From: an uncultured Acidobacterium sp.
GTDB lineage: Bacteria > Acidobacteriota > Vicinamibacteria > Vicinamibacterales > UBA2999
Direction: 5' to 3'
Assembly (NCBI GenBank): GCA_964628295.1
Contig: CAZVLS010000003.1
Span: forward strand, 187,972-251,971
DNA length: 64,000 nucleotides
This document shows positions 7,976 to 19,104 of this stretch, piece by piece. Under the pieces are notes generated by a model that was given only the letters and a program-made list of their open reading frames with translations, ran no database searches and was not told the origin of the DNA. How positions within the stretch are numbered: position 1 is the first letter of the stretch; each line of letters opens with the position of its first letter. The translations under genes and the position numbers were made by a program.

Positions 7976-9250
7976 CCGAAACAGCACCCAGCAGATCAGC
8001 GCGCCCACGAGCATCATCGACAGACCCCACCACAGCAGCTGGTTGAACAGCTTCTTGGCGTCCGCCTCGTTGTGCAGCGCCGCGATGCAGAGTGCGCCAA
8101 TTGTCGACAGCGGCGACAGGTCCACGAGATGACCGCCCACATACATCGATGCGGCAATCGAGAGCGGATCGACCGCAAGACGTTCGGCCAGGCCGGGCAC
8201 GGTGGGCAGGAACGCCGGCAGCACCACGCCTGACGTGCTGCTGTAGACCGACACTGCGCCGGTCACCAGGGCGATCATGAATGTCACCGTGCCAGGCGTG
8301 GCAATCCTCGCGAGCAGGTCGGTGAACAACTCCATGCCGCGTTGTGCGGACAGCACGCCGATCAGCACGGTCACACCGCACACCATCAGGATCACGCTCC
8401 ACGGCATTTTCTTGATGGCCTCTTTCTCATCCGCCGCCTTCAGCATCGACAAGAGGGCGGCGCCGGTCAGCGCGGCAAGACCCACGTGCGCCTTGAACTC
8501 GATCACCACGACGACGAGCGCGACCAGGACGCTGAGCGTCAACCAGTGCTTCGACGCGAACGGCTCGACCTCGACGATGTCGGCATCGGCGCGGACGCCG
8601 GCTTGGTCGGACTGCGCAACGGCGATTGGCGCGACCTTCGACCGGGTGAACAACTTCCAGCCGCCAAAGATGAAATAGGCGACGAAGGTGACCACCACAT
8701 GGGCCATCAGGTTGTTCAGGAACGTTCCGGTCTCGTGTCCTCCAAGACCGATCTTCTCCATGTTGGTATTGACGATGATTCCGGTTGGCGCGAAGCGCGA
8801 CAGCGCGCCGGCCTGCGCGCCGTTGCCGACCATCAGTGCCATCAGGAACGGCGGGATCGCCGCGCGGGTGGCGACGGCCATGGCCATGGGCGCCATGATC
8901 GCGGTGGTGGCGATGTTGCCGGGCCCGATGCTCGACAGCGTCACCGCGATGATGAACAGCATGATCGGGATGACACCGGCGTTGCCGCGGCACGCGCGGA
9001 CCGCCCGCGCCGCAATGCGGCCGAGCGTCCCGTTGTTGTTCGCCATGCCGAACAGCAGCGTCACGCCGACCAGGTTGAGCAGCAGATCGATCGGGAAGGT
9101 GCCGATGACCTTTGCCACGGGCATGGCGCCCAGATAGACGCCGACGATCCACGCCATGGCCAGCGAGACGACCCCGACGTTCATGCTCGTGACCATGCTC
9201 AGCGTGATGGCGACGATCAGCGCCGCCAGTGATACCCAGGCCAGATCCAT
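7973..9250 (-). CDS. Polytopic anion/organic-acid permease (ArsB/NhaD-DASS ion transporter superfamily-like)
   Basis: 425-aa ORF that is hydrophobic throughout with about 10-12 predicted TM stretches and a central loop. It is last in a co-directional gene string with the two upstream genes. The subfamily is not resolved. Confidence 0.6.
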   Translation of the reverse strand: MDLAWVSLAALIVAITLSMVTSMNVGVVSLAMAWIVGVYLGAMPVAKVIGTFPIDLLLNLVGVTLLFGMANNNGTLGRIAARAVRACRGNAGVIPIMLFIIAVTLSSIGPGNIATTAIMAPMAMAVATRAAIPPFLMALMVGNGAQAGALSRFAPTGIIVNTNMEKIGLGGHETGTFLNNLMAHVVVTFVAYFIFGGWKLFTRSKVAPIAVAQSDQAGVRADADIVEVEPFASKHWLTLSVLVALVVVVIEFKAHVGLAALTGAALLSMLKAADEKEAIKKMPWSVILMVCGVTVLIGVLSAQRGMELFTDLLARIATPGTVTFMIALVTGAVSVYSSTSGVVLPAFLPTVPGLAERLAVDPLSIAASMYVGGHLVDLSPLSTIGALCIAALHNEADAKKLFNQLLWWGLSMMLVGALICWVLFR

Positions 9251-9262
9251 CAGCTCTCCCTG

Positions 9263-12148
9263 TCAGTCTTCCTTGATCAGCGACCGCAAGAGTATCGCGG
9301 GATGCTTCGCCGTGACACCAGCGAGATCCGCGACCTGGTGGCGGCAGGACGTGCCGCCGGCCACCAGGACCGAGTCCGCTGTCATCGCCCGCACCGCCGG
9401 CAGGAGCTTCCGCTCGGCGATGGCGGCGGATACGTCGTAGTGATCGCGGGTGTAACCGAACGATCCCGCCATCCCGCAACAGCCGGCCTCGAGATCGGTG
9501 ACCGAGGCTCCCGGGATTCGCGACAGCAACGCCTTGGCGGGCGAGGCGAGGCCCATCGAGCGCTGGTGGCAGTGCGGGTGCAACAGGATGTTCGACGGCC
9601 CCGGCTTCAACGCGAGGGTCGCGCGGCCCTCCGCGCACTCGGTCTCGAGGAACTCCTCGAACAGCATCGAGCGCGTCGCAATCACCCGCGCGCGGCGCTG
9701 TAATTCGCCACGCAACAAGTCGGGCGCGTCCTCACGGACAGCCGACAGGCAGCTCGGCTCGACGAACACGATCGCCTGCCCGTCGTGCGCTGCGTCGTAG
9801 AGCGCATGCACGTTCGCGGCCGCCAGCTTGCGTGCTTCCTGCAGGCGGCCTTGCGAAATCAGTGGCCGTCCACAACACACGTTCGGCGCAACCTGGGTCG
9901 CGAGTCCCGCAGACCGCAGCACGTCGATGGCCGCAAGACCGATCTCCGGATCGGCGTAATTCGTAAAGGTGTCTGCAAACAGGAGCGACCGGACTCCCTG
10001 GTCCCTGGCCCCTGATCCCTGAACCCTGACTCGATCCCGCAGCGTCTCCCTCGTCCACACCGGCAGCGACCGGCGGCGATCGAGGCCGACGAGCTGTTCA
10101 GCGGCCCAGCGCGCGATCGAACTATTGGCCATCGCGTTTGAGAGCGGGGCAATGCGGCTGCCCCATTCCGCGGCGGTGTGGCCGCTGCCAAAGGCCCGAG
10201 CGGTTGCCGACATGCCATTGCGGTCCCAATACCCCTGCAGGAACTCGCTCTTGTATCGCGCAACGTCGACACCGACCGGGCACTCGCTCTTGCAGGCGCG
10301 ACATTCGAGACAGAGGTCGAGGACTTCGTGCACGGCCTCGTCCGACAACTTCGCGTCACCAAGCTGGCCGGCCATCGCGAGGCGCAACGTGTTCGCCCGC
10401 CCGCGTGTCGAATCGGCCTCGTCGCGCGTGACCATGTACGAGGGGCACATCGTGCCTTCGCGCTTCTTGCGGCACAGGCCAACGCCGCTGCACATCTCGA
10501 CGGCGCGGCCGAAGCCTTCGTCCTGCGAGAAGTCGAAAAACGTCATCGGTTGCGCCGTGACATACCCGGCGCCGTATCGCAGGTGCGACGTGATCGGCGG
10601 CGTATCGACAATGCGACCGGGATTGAAGATGCCTTGCGGGTCGAACGTCTTCTTGACCGCTCGGAACGCGCCATACAGCTCGGCACCGAACATCTTCTCG
10701 TTGAAGGCGCCGCGCACCAGTCCGTCACCGTGCTCGCCTGACAAGGCGCCGCCAAACTCGAGCACCAGGTCGGCCACTTCGTTGGCGATCGCCTCGAACA
10801 TGGCGACGCCGTCAGCGGTCTTGAGATTGACGACCGGGCGGACGTGCAGGCACCCGACAGACGCGTGCGCGTAGACACCCGCGGTGGTGCGATGCCGCTT
10901 GACGATCCCGATGAACCGTTCGATGTAGTCGCGCAGCTTCTCAGGCGCCACGGCAGTGTCTTCAACAAACGAGATGGCCTTGCCGTCAGACTTGGTGGCG
11001 GTCGAGAGTCCAAGCGCCGCTTCGCGGAAGCTCCAGATGCGCGCCTGTGCCTGGGCGTCCAGGACTTGCCGGACCTGCCTCGGCGACAGTGATGCCACGT
11101 CGCGTTCGAGCGCCGACATGCGCTCGCGCAATTCATCGACGGTGTCGCCGTAGAACTCGACGCATAGCAGCGCCGAACCATCGGCGCTCAACATCGCCTG
11201 TCGCTGGGCATTGAGGATCTGGTGACCCTTGGCGTGCGACAGGATGAAGTCGTCCATGACTTCGACGGCAGATGGCGCGTGCCGGAGGATCAGCGGCGTG
11301 GCGCCGAGCGCGTCGAGCAACTGGTCGAACTCGATCGTCATCACGGACTTTTGCGCCGGCAGTGGCACCAGCTTCAGCCGGGCATCGACGATGAAGCCGA
11401 GCGTGCCTTCCGAACCCACCATGATGCGCGTCAGGTCAACGGAGCGGGACGCGTCAACGAACGCATCCAGGTTGTAGCCGCCGACGCGGCGCAGCACCTT
11501 GGGGAATCGCCGATCGATCTCGGCGGCGTGTCGCTGTCCGAGCTCAGGAATGGCGCGATACGCGCGCGCTGCGATGCTGTCGCCCAGCCGGGCGCGCTCG
11601 AGCGCCGCCGCATCGAGCGGCTTGAAATGCGCGAGCTGTCCATCCGAAAGCACCACGCGCTGCTCGATCACGTGATCGATCGTCTTGCCGTAGAGCACCG
11701 AGCGCGCTCCACTCGAGTTGTTGGCCATCATGCCGCCAACGGTCGCGCGGCTGGCCGACGACACATCAGGGGCAAAGCGCAGGTGGTGCTGCCGCAGCTG
11801 CGCGTTCAACTCGTCGAGTACCACGCCGGGTTCGACACGCGCCCACCGCTGGTCCGGATTGACCTCGATCACGCGATTGAGGTGTTTGGAAGTGTCGAGC
11901 ACCAATCCCGAACCGATCGATTGCCCGGCCTGCGACGTACCGCCGCCGCGGGGTGTGATCGGCACACCATGCCGCGCCGCGATCTCCACGGCACGGATGA
12001 CCGCCTCCCCCGACTTCGGGATCACCACGCCGAGCGGCTCGATCTGGTAGACGCTGGCGTCGGTTGAATACAGCGCGCGCGAGACCCTGTCGAAGCGGAC
12101 CTCGCCGTCGACGGCCTGTTCGAGTTCGCGTTGCAGGGTGATGGACAC
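9263..12148 (-). CDS. FAD-binding (GlcD-like) + 4Fe-4S + CCG-domain fusion oxidoreductase (YdiJ-like 2-hydroxyacid dehydrogenase)
   Basis: 961-aa ORF. The N-terminus has FAD-binding PCMH-type motifs (PRGGGTS). Cys clusters are CSGVGLCRKKREGTMCP and CLECRACKSECP. C-terminal CCG motifs are VCCGRP and GCCGMAG. Confidence 0.8.
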   Translation of the reverse strand: MSITLQRELEQAVDGEVRFDRVSRALYSTDASVYQIEPLGVVIPKSGEAVIRAVEIAARHGVPITPRGGGTSQAGQSIGSGLVLDTSKHLNRVIEVNPDQRWARVEPGVVLDELNAQLRQHHLRFAPDVSSASRATVGGMMANNSSGARSVLYGKTIDHVIEQRVVLSDGQLAHFKPLDAAALERARLGDSIAARAYRAIPELGQRHAAEIDRRFPKVLRRVGGYNLDAFVDASRSVDLTRIMVGSEGTLGFIVDARLKLVPLPAQKSVMTIEFDQLLDALGATPLILRHAPSAVEVMDDFILSHAKGHQILNAQRQAMLSADGSALLCVEFYGDTVDELRERMSALERDVASLSPRQVRQVLDAQAQARIWSFREAALGLSTATKSDGKAISFVEDTAVAPEKLRDYIERFIGIVKRHRTTAGVYAHASVGCLHVRPVVNLKTADGVAMFEAIANEVADLVLEFGGALSGEHGDGLVRGAFNEKMFGAELYGAFRAVKKTFDPQGIFNPGRIVDTPPITSHLRYGAGYVTAQPMTFFDFSQDEGFGRAVEMCSGVGLCRKKREGTMCPSYMVTRDEADSTRGRANTLRLAMAGQLGDAKLSDEAVHEVLDLCLECRACKSECPVGVDVARYKSEFLQGYWDRNGMSATARAFGSGHTAAEWGSRIAPLSNAMANSSIARWAAEQLVGLDRRRSLPVWTRETLRDRVRVQGSGARDQGVRSLLFADTFTNYADPEIGLAAIDVLRSAGLATQVAPNVCCGRPLISQGRLQEARKLAAANVHALYDAAHDGQAIVFVEPSCLSAVREDAPDLLRGELQRRARVIATRSMLFEEFLETECAEGRATLALKPGPSNILLHPHCHQRSMGLASPAKALLSRIPGASVTDLEAGCCGMAGSFGYTRDHYDVSAAIAERKLLPAVRAMTADSVLVAGGTSCRHQVADLAGVTAKHPAILLRSLIKED
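9996..10030. repeat. Five tandem CCCTGNN heptamers embedded in the YdiJ-like CDS
   Basis: The sequence is ccctggt ccctggc ccctgat ccctgaa ccctgac. On the - strand it is read as RVRVQGSGARDQGV. Confidence 0.8.
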
Positions 12149-13296
12149 TACTGGGATTTGCCGCGGGCAGACACCGGCCAGATCGCCTCGACACGATCGC
12201 CGCGCAACGCGTAAATGTGGTCGTAGAGATTCACGGTCGGATCGATGTGTGGCGGGATGAACTCGATCCGGTCGCCGACCTGGAAGTCGCGTGAGGACCT
12301 GGACGTGTCCAGGCGCCCGTGCTCGTCGCCGGCCCAGTGATACGTGACGTCATCGAGCCCGACCGGTTGCGGCGTGAAGGGCCGATCGGTCGAGAACGCC
12401 TTGTAGCCGCCGTCGACAATGGCAATCCCAGGCGAGCGCGATACGACGGTGGTGACCACGGTCAGCGAGTTCTTGAAGTCGCGATACTCCGAGCCGTTCG
12501 GGCCGCCGATCATGCCGTACTCCATGTCCATGAACACGAAGCTGCCTGGCTGCAACTCGGTAATCCCGGGATTCTCGGAGTCCACGCGATACGTGCCGGT
12601 TGAACCCGCCGTCACCATCGGACACGCGATGCCGGATCGCTCGAGCAACACCTTCGTCTCGATCGCCTTGCCCATCGTGGTCGTCGTGCGGGCGGCGCGC
12701 GCGTCGAATGGTGTGGTGTGAGCGGCCGAGCCGTCGTACGACTGCAGGCCGACGAAAGTGACGTGCGGCAGTTTCTCGATCAACTGAGCCAGCTCCACGG
12801 CGGGCTGGCCGGGCTGCACGCCAGTTCTTCCGAAGAACAAGTCGACGGCCAGCTTGATCGGCTCGCCGCGCCCGCGCGCCCCGGCGGCGTCGTTGATGTC
12901 GCGGACGTTCTGGCGGTTGTCGACGACGAAGATCGTGTCCGGCGACTTGGCGGCCAGGTCCACCGCGCGCGCGATCTTGTCCTTGCCGACCACCGCGGTG
13001 GTAATCAGCAGTCCGGGAATACCCGCGTCAGCGAACACCTCCGCCTCGCTCAGTCGCGCCGCGCAACAGCCGATCGCGCCGGCACGCAGCAGCGCCCTGG
13101 CCACCTCCGGACATTTGTGCGTCTTGCCGTGTGGACGAAAGGCCTTGTGCCGCGCTCTTAAATGCGAGGCCATCTTCGTGATGTTGTCTTCGAAGGCGTC
13201 GAGGTCGAGGAGCAGGGCTGGGGTCGGAACGTCGCCACGAAGCTGCATGGAACGACGAATGCTAGCACTGTGGCACAATGTTTCGCATCCAGTCAC
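12148..13296 (-). CDS. DSD1-family PLP enzyme (alanine racemase N-terminal fold; D-threonine aldolase / D-serine dehydratase-like)
   Basis: The motif FRPHGKTHKCPEVA contains the PLP-lysine context. The likely start is the internal ATG at 13248 (MQLRGDVPTPALLLDLDAF). The stop overlaps the GTG start of the next gene (TAGTG). Confidence 0.7.
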   Translation of the reverse strand: MTGCETLCHSASIRRSMQLRGDVPTPALLLDLDAFEDNITKMASHLRARHKAFRPHGKTHKCPEVARALLRAGAIGCCAARLSEAEVFADAGIPGLLITTAVVGKDKIARAVDLAAKSPDTIFVVDNRQNVRDINDAAGARGRGEPIKLAVDLFFGRTGVQPGQPAVELAQLIEKLPHVTFVGLQSYDGSAAHTTPFDARAARTTTTMGKAIETKVLLERSGIACPMVTAGSTGTYRVDSENPGITELQPGSFVFMDMEYGMIGGPNGSEYRDFKNSLTVVTTVVSRSPGIAIVDGGYKAFSTDRPFTPQPVGLDDVTYHWAGDEHGRLDTSRSSRDFQVGDRIEFIPPHIDPTVNLYDHIYALRGDRVEAIWPVSARGKSQ

Positions 13297-15119
13297 AACA
13301 CGATCGCTCTGCTTCGGCGGCGCTGCGGTGGATGTCGTGGCCAGTGGTCGCTGGATTCTTCACGATCCTGACCCTGTGGATGCACGCGGACCTTGTGCCG
13401 CGGCTTGCCGGGGCGATTCCCGCTGACCTTGGCGACCCCCTGCTGAACACCTGGATCCTCTGGTGGAACGCGCAACAACTACCCTTCACTGACGCGTATT
13501 GGAACGCGCCCGCATTCGCCCCCATGTCGCGCGCCCTCGCGCTGTCTGAAACGCTGCTCGGACTGACGTGGTTGACCACGCCCCTGCAGTGGATGGGAGC
13601 GTCGCCGGTCACCGCCTACAACGTGATGTATGTGGCTGAACCGCTGCTCAACGGTCTCAGCGCCTACTGGTTGTGTCTCGTCCTGACCTCGCGCCGCGAT
13701 GCCGCGCTGATTGGCGGGCTGGCGTTTGCGTGGGCGCCGTACCACGCGACGCAACTGTCGCACATCCAGACTGATGCGACGTTTTTCATGCCTGCCGCCC
13801 TGGCCGCACTCCACCGGTACTGGACCTCGTCTCAACGGCGGTGGCTGCTGGTCTTTGGAGTGGCGGTGACCCTGAACGCCCTGGTCTGTGGATACTTCCT
13901 GCTGTTCTTCTCGGTGTTGCTCGCCATCGTCCTGCTATGGCTGGTGATCGCCACGCGCGACTTCAGGAAATTCGCGACGGTGATCGGCGTGCTGCTCTTG
14001 ACCATCGTGGCTATCTCACCGGTGATCTTGATGTTCCGCACCGTGAGGAGCGAGTACAACCTGGTGCGCTCTGTTGCGGAGATGCAGCGCAATAGCGCCG
14101 ACGCCACATCCTTTGTCCTGGGTTCGAATCACCTGCTGCTGTGGCCCGTGGCTACCGCGCCAGACAAGCCCGAGCTTGCCGCGTATCCCGGCGTGGTGAT
14201 CGTGATGCTGATCATCGCCGGTGGTGTGGCCGCATTTCGCAACCGGCAGGCTCTCAAGGAGTCGCCGCTGACGCTTGGTGTGCTCGGACTGTCGGCGCTG
14301 ACCGTCGTGGTCAGCGGGGCGTTCTTCCCGAGGCCGTACAAGGCGATCAGCATCGGCCTGTATCTCGCGATCATCGCGACGTTGGCGTCGAGGCGGTTCC
14401 GCGTGGCGTTGCTTGCGGGTTCGATTCCGGTGCTGTACCTGGTCGCACTGGTCGCATCATCCGCGCTGGCGCTGGGCCCCGTCGGCCACGCGCTCGGTCA
14501 CCGCTTCTGGTACAAGCCGCCCTATACGCTGTTTCTCGGTCTTCCGGGCTTCGACGCCGCGCGCGTTCCCGCGTTGTTTGCCTCGATCGAGATCATCTGC
14601 CTGGCCGTGCTGGCGGCGTTCGCCGTGACGAGGCTGTGGCCCGTGGTCACTCGAGCATCGCTCGGTGCCACGGCCGCGATCGCTGTGTTGCTAGTCGTCG
14701 ATGGCTGGGTCGTGGTGCCGGTCGTGGCGGTGCCGCCGCCCCCGCCACCCGGGCTCACTGCCGACATGGTGATCGAACTGCCCGCCTACGGCTGGGTGGA
14801 AAACGTGCAGGCGATGTACCGCGGCATGACGCACGGCCGTCCGGTCGTCAACGGGTACAGCGGCTACGTGCCACCGCACTTTCAGCGGCTGCAGGTGGAT
14901 CTCTTCAAGGACTGCGTCGCCACCGTCGATCGTGTGCGTGGTGGACGGTCGATGGACGCCGTGATCTGGAAGGACCGATCGGGTGCGGCGGTCACCGATG
15001 CAGCACTCAGGTCGATGTGGCCGAATGCGATGCGCGAGGAAGCACCGCTGACGATCGTGTATCACCAGCCGCGATCGCTAGCGGCGCCGGATGCTGTCTA
15101 TCGTGACCGGTGTAAGTAA
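13278..15119 (+). CDS. Large polytopic membrane protein, GT-C-type glycosyltransferase-like (function unknown)
   Basis: 613-aa ORF with many TM segments over the first ~430 aa, then a PPPPPP linker and a soluble C-terminal domain. The start may be the internal ATG near 13332. Confidence 0.55.
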   Translation: MFRIQSQHDRSASAALRWMSWPVVAGFFTILTLWMHADLVPRLAGAIPADLGDPLLNTWILWWNAQQLPFTDAYWNAPAFAPMSRALALSETLLGLTWLTTPLQWMGASPVTAYNVMYVAEPLLNGLSAYWLCLVLTSRRDAALIGGLAFAWAPYHATQLSHIQTDATFFMPAALAALHRYWTSSQRRWLLVFGVAVTLNALVCGYFLLFFSVLLAIVLLWLVIATRDFRKFATVIGVLLLTIVAISPVILMFRTVRSEYNLVRSVAEMQRNSADATSFVLGSNHLLLWPVATAPDKPELAAYPGVVIVMLIIAGGVAAFRNRQALKESPLTLGVLGLSALTVVVSGAFFPRPYKAISIGLYLAIIATLASRRFRVALLAGSIPVLYLVALVASSALALGPVGHALGHRFWYKPPYTLFLGLPGFDAARVPALFASIEIICLAVLAAFAVTRLWPVVTRASLGATAAIAVLLVVDGWVVVPVVAVPPPPPPGLTADMVIELPAYGWVENVQAMYRGMTHGRPVVNGYSGYVPPHFQRLQVDLFKDCVATVDRVRGGRSMDAVIWKDRSGAAVTDAALRSMWPNAMREEAPLTIVYHQPRSLAAPDAVYRDRCK

Positions 15120-15147
15120 CGATTCCGACGATCCGCACTGGGCACCC

Positions 15148-15182
15148 AAATCCGAGATCCGAGATCTGAGATCCGAAATCGT
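15148..15182. repeat. Direct heptamer array (AGATCCG-like x5) filling the gap between convergent genes
   Basis: The sequence is aaatccg agatccg agatctg agatccg aaatcgt. I see no inverted partner. Confidence 0.75.
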
Positions 15183-16574
15183 TTACCGGTCCCATTCGAA
15201 ATCCAGGCGGTTCGAACGCAGGACATCGCGGATCGTTCCGGGCAGCACGCTCGACCGCCGCGCATCGTTCACGGCGCGTTGCATCAGGCCCTGGAACTGC
15301 CGGATGTCGCTCTGGACCGCCTGGAAGTACGAGATGCAGCCGGCGCCCGCGTCACCGGGGATGCCGCGAGGCACCAGCACCGAGAACCATTCGCGATCGT
15401 AGTTGCCGGGGATGGCAGACGTGTAGCACTGCTGGCGGAAGCGTTGCCACCCCGCGTCGATCTGCGATGCGCCGGTGGCCATCTGCCGGATGGCGCCGCG
15501 GAACTCCTCGTCGCCCTGCTGCTGCAGGCGATCGCTCTCCGAGCCGCGTGCCTGCGACCGGATGTCGCTCAACCCGCCGGACGTGCCGAGGTTGGTCTGC
15601 CGTCCTTCGAGAAGATCCTTCGCATGGTCGATGGCCACGCCGAAGTTCAGGCCCTGCGCGCCCCTGTAGCCCATGGTGGTGATGCCGACCACTGCGCCGT
15701 CGCGATCGAGCATCGGGCCGCCGCTGTTGCCGGGATTGGTGGCGGCGTCTGTCTGCACGAGCGTGGCGCCACCCGCCGACCGCAGGCCGCTCATCACGCC
15801 TCGTGAGACGCTGTTCTGCAGCATGCCGAGCGCGGAGCCGATGACGATGATCTCCTGGCCGGCCCGTAACGAGCGCGAGGTGCCCATCGGGATGGTCGCC
15901 TGGGTTGACGACGGTTGCGCGACCTTGAGGATGGCGATGTCGAACGCCGGTGCGCGCGATTCCACGCGCGCCTGCACGCTCGCGCCGTCGTGCTTGCGCA
16001 CCGTCACGTAGCTGTCGTTCTGCACCACGTGCACGTTGGTGATCAACGTGTCGTGACGCACGAAGAAGCCGCTGCCGCGGCCGCTGGTGGTCTCGATCAG
16101 CACGATGGCCGGCATCGCCTTGGCGACCATCTCCTCGATGCTCGCGGCCGACGCCGGCGCGACGGGTGCCACGGGCACGTCGCTGCCCGGAACGAGGGGC
16201 GGAAGCCCGTTGGCCGCCGCATCCCACGCCCTGGCTTCAGGGGAGGCGCTGCGCGATTCGACTTCCGGATCGGCCCCCTCATTACTCTCAGCGCTGACGG
16301 TCTCATCCACCTGGTCGGCCGCGGGCCGCAAGAACATCCAGTAGCCGGCCCCGGCAATGGCCAGGGTCACCACCACAGCCAGCACGACCGGGCCGATCGA
16401 TGAGGAAGAGGCGGGTGCCACCGCCACCGGCGTCTCCATGACGGGCACGGAGCCGGGAGCCGGCTCGAGAGCGGGCAATTCAGCGCCGCAGCGGCAATTG
16501 GCTACCGCGCGCGGCACCCGTCGGCCGCAAGAAGGGCAGACCCTGCTGAAGCTGGCCTGGTCCCGGTCAGGCAT
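15183..16574 (-). CDS. Membrane-anchored trypsin-like (S1C/HtrA-like) serine protease with N-terminal zinc ribbon
   Basis: The N-terminus reads CPSCGRRVPRAVANCRCG and is followed by one TM segment. Catalytic context motifs are TNVHVV, DIAILKV and GNSGGPM. There is no recognisable PDZ domain, and a ~130-aa C-terminal domain is unknown. Confidence 0.75.
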   Translation of the reverse strand: MPDRDQASFSRVCPSCGRRVPRAVANCRCGAELPALEPAPGSVPVMETPVAVAPASSSSIGPVVLAVVVTLAIAGAGYWMFLRPAADQVDETVSAESNEGADPEVESRSASPEARAWDAAANGLPPLVPGSDVPVAPVAPASAASIEEMVAKAMPAIVLIETTSGRGSGFFVRHDTLITNVHVVQNDSYVTVRKHDGASVQARVESRAPAFDIAILKVAQPSSTQATIPMGTSRSLRAGQEIIVIGSALGMLQNSVSRGVMSGLRSAGGATLVQTDAATNPGNSGGPMLDRDGAVVGITTMGYRGAQGLNFGVAIDHAKDLLEGRQTNLGTSGGLSDIRSQARGSESDRLQQQGDEEFRGAIRQMATGASQIDAGWQRFRQQCYTSAIPGNYDREWFSVLVPRGIPGDAGAGCISYFQAVQSDIRQFQGLMQRAVNDARRSSVLPGTIRDVLRSNRLDFEWDR

Positions 16575-16601
16575 GAGTCATAATAAAGGACTGAACCGCC
16601 G

Positions 16602-18404
<1,803 letters not shown>

Positions 18405-18406
18405 CC

Positions 18407-19054
18407 ATGGCCGAGGCGACGTTCCAGAAGTCGACGATCCGTGAATACTTCGAGTCGATCGTCGTCGCCGTCATCCTGGCGCTGTTCGTCAGGACGTTCA
18501 TCTTCCAGGCGTTCAAGATCCCGACCGGCTCGATGAAGCCGAACCTGCTGGTCGGCGATCACCTGCTGGTCAACAAGTTCATGTTCGCGCCAACCGCCTC
18601 GGCCCTCGAGAAGGCAGTCCTGCCGATGCGCGACATCCAGCGCGGCGACATCCTGGTGTTCAAGTTTCCCGAAGAGCCCGAGCGCGACTTCATCAAGCGC
18701 ACCATCGGGCTGCCGGGCGATACGGTCGAACTGAAGAACCAGACCATCCTGATCAACGGCCAGCCCCTTGCCGAGCCGTACGCGCACTACCTGTTTCCGC
18801 CCGCCGACGACACGCAGACGGACAGCTTCGACATCCGCCGCAAGTACGGCCCGGTGACTGTGCCCGAAGGGCATTACTTCATGATGGGCGACAACCGAGA
18901 CGACTCGCAGGACAGCCGGTTCTGGGGTTTCCTGCCGGCCCACTACGTCAAGGGCCGGGCGCTCTTCATCTACTGGTCGTTTGACGTGCCGGACGACGGC
19001 ACCAGCGCAGGATTTGCCCCGCGCTGGGGCAGGCTATTCCATCAGATTCATTGA
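18407..19054 (+). CDS. lepB: Signal peptidase I
   Basis: ATG 18407 lies 3 nt after the lepA stop. The protein has a TM anchor and the motifs GSMKPNL, RGDILVF and GDNRDDSQDSRFWG. Confidence 0.9.
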   Translation: MAEATFQKSTIREYFESIVVAVILALFVRTFIFQAFKIPTGSMKPNLLVGDHLLVNKFMFAPTASALEKAVLPMRDIQRGDILVFKFPEEPERDFIKRTIGLPGDTVELKNQTILINGQPLAEPYAHYLFPPADDTQTDSFDIRRKYGPVTVPEGHYFMMGDNRDDSQDSRFWGFLPAHYVKGRALFIYWSFDVPDDGTSAGFAPRWGRLFHQIH

Positions 19055-19104
19055 CCGACAATTGCTGATAAGGCCCCGCTCTCCCCGCGCGGCCGTGGAG
19101 ACAC

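Noticed and set aside
8427-9638. A 403-aa ORF spans the permease/oxidoreductase boundary.
   Set aside because: It crosses an intergenic gap and two well-supported genes. Its composition is Arg/Gly/His/Asp-rich with no motifs, so it is a shadow ORF.
14112-14135. A tRNA-like T-loop sequence GGTTCGAATCA is present.
   Set aside because: The flanking bases cannot form a T-stem or an acceptor stem, and it lies inside a long membrane-protein CDS.
14729-14752. A GC-rich run gccgccgcccccgccaccc could be a repeat element.
   Set aside because: It encodes an in-frame PPPPPP linker of the membrane protein. It has no periodic unit structure like the heptamer arrays.
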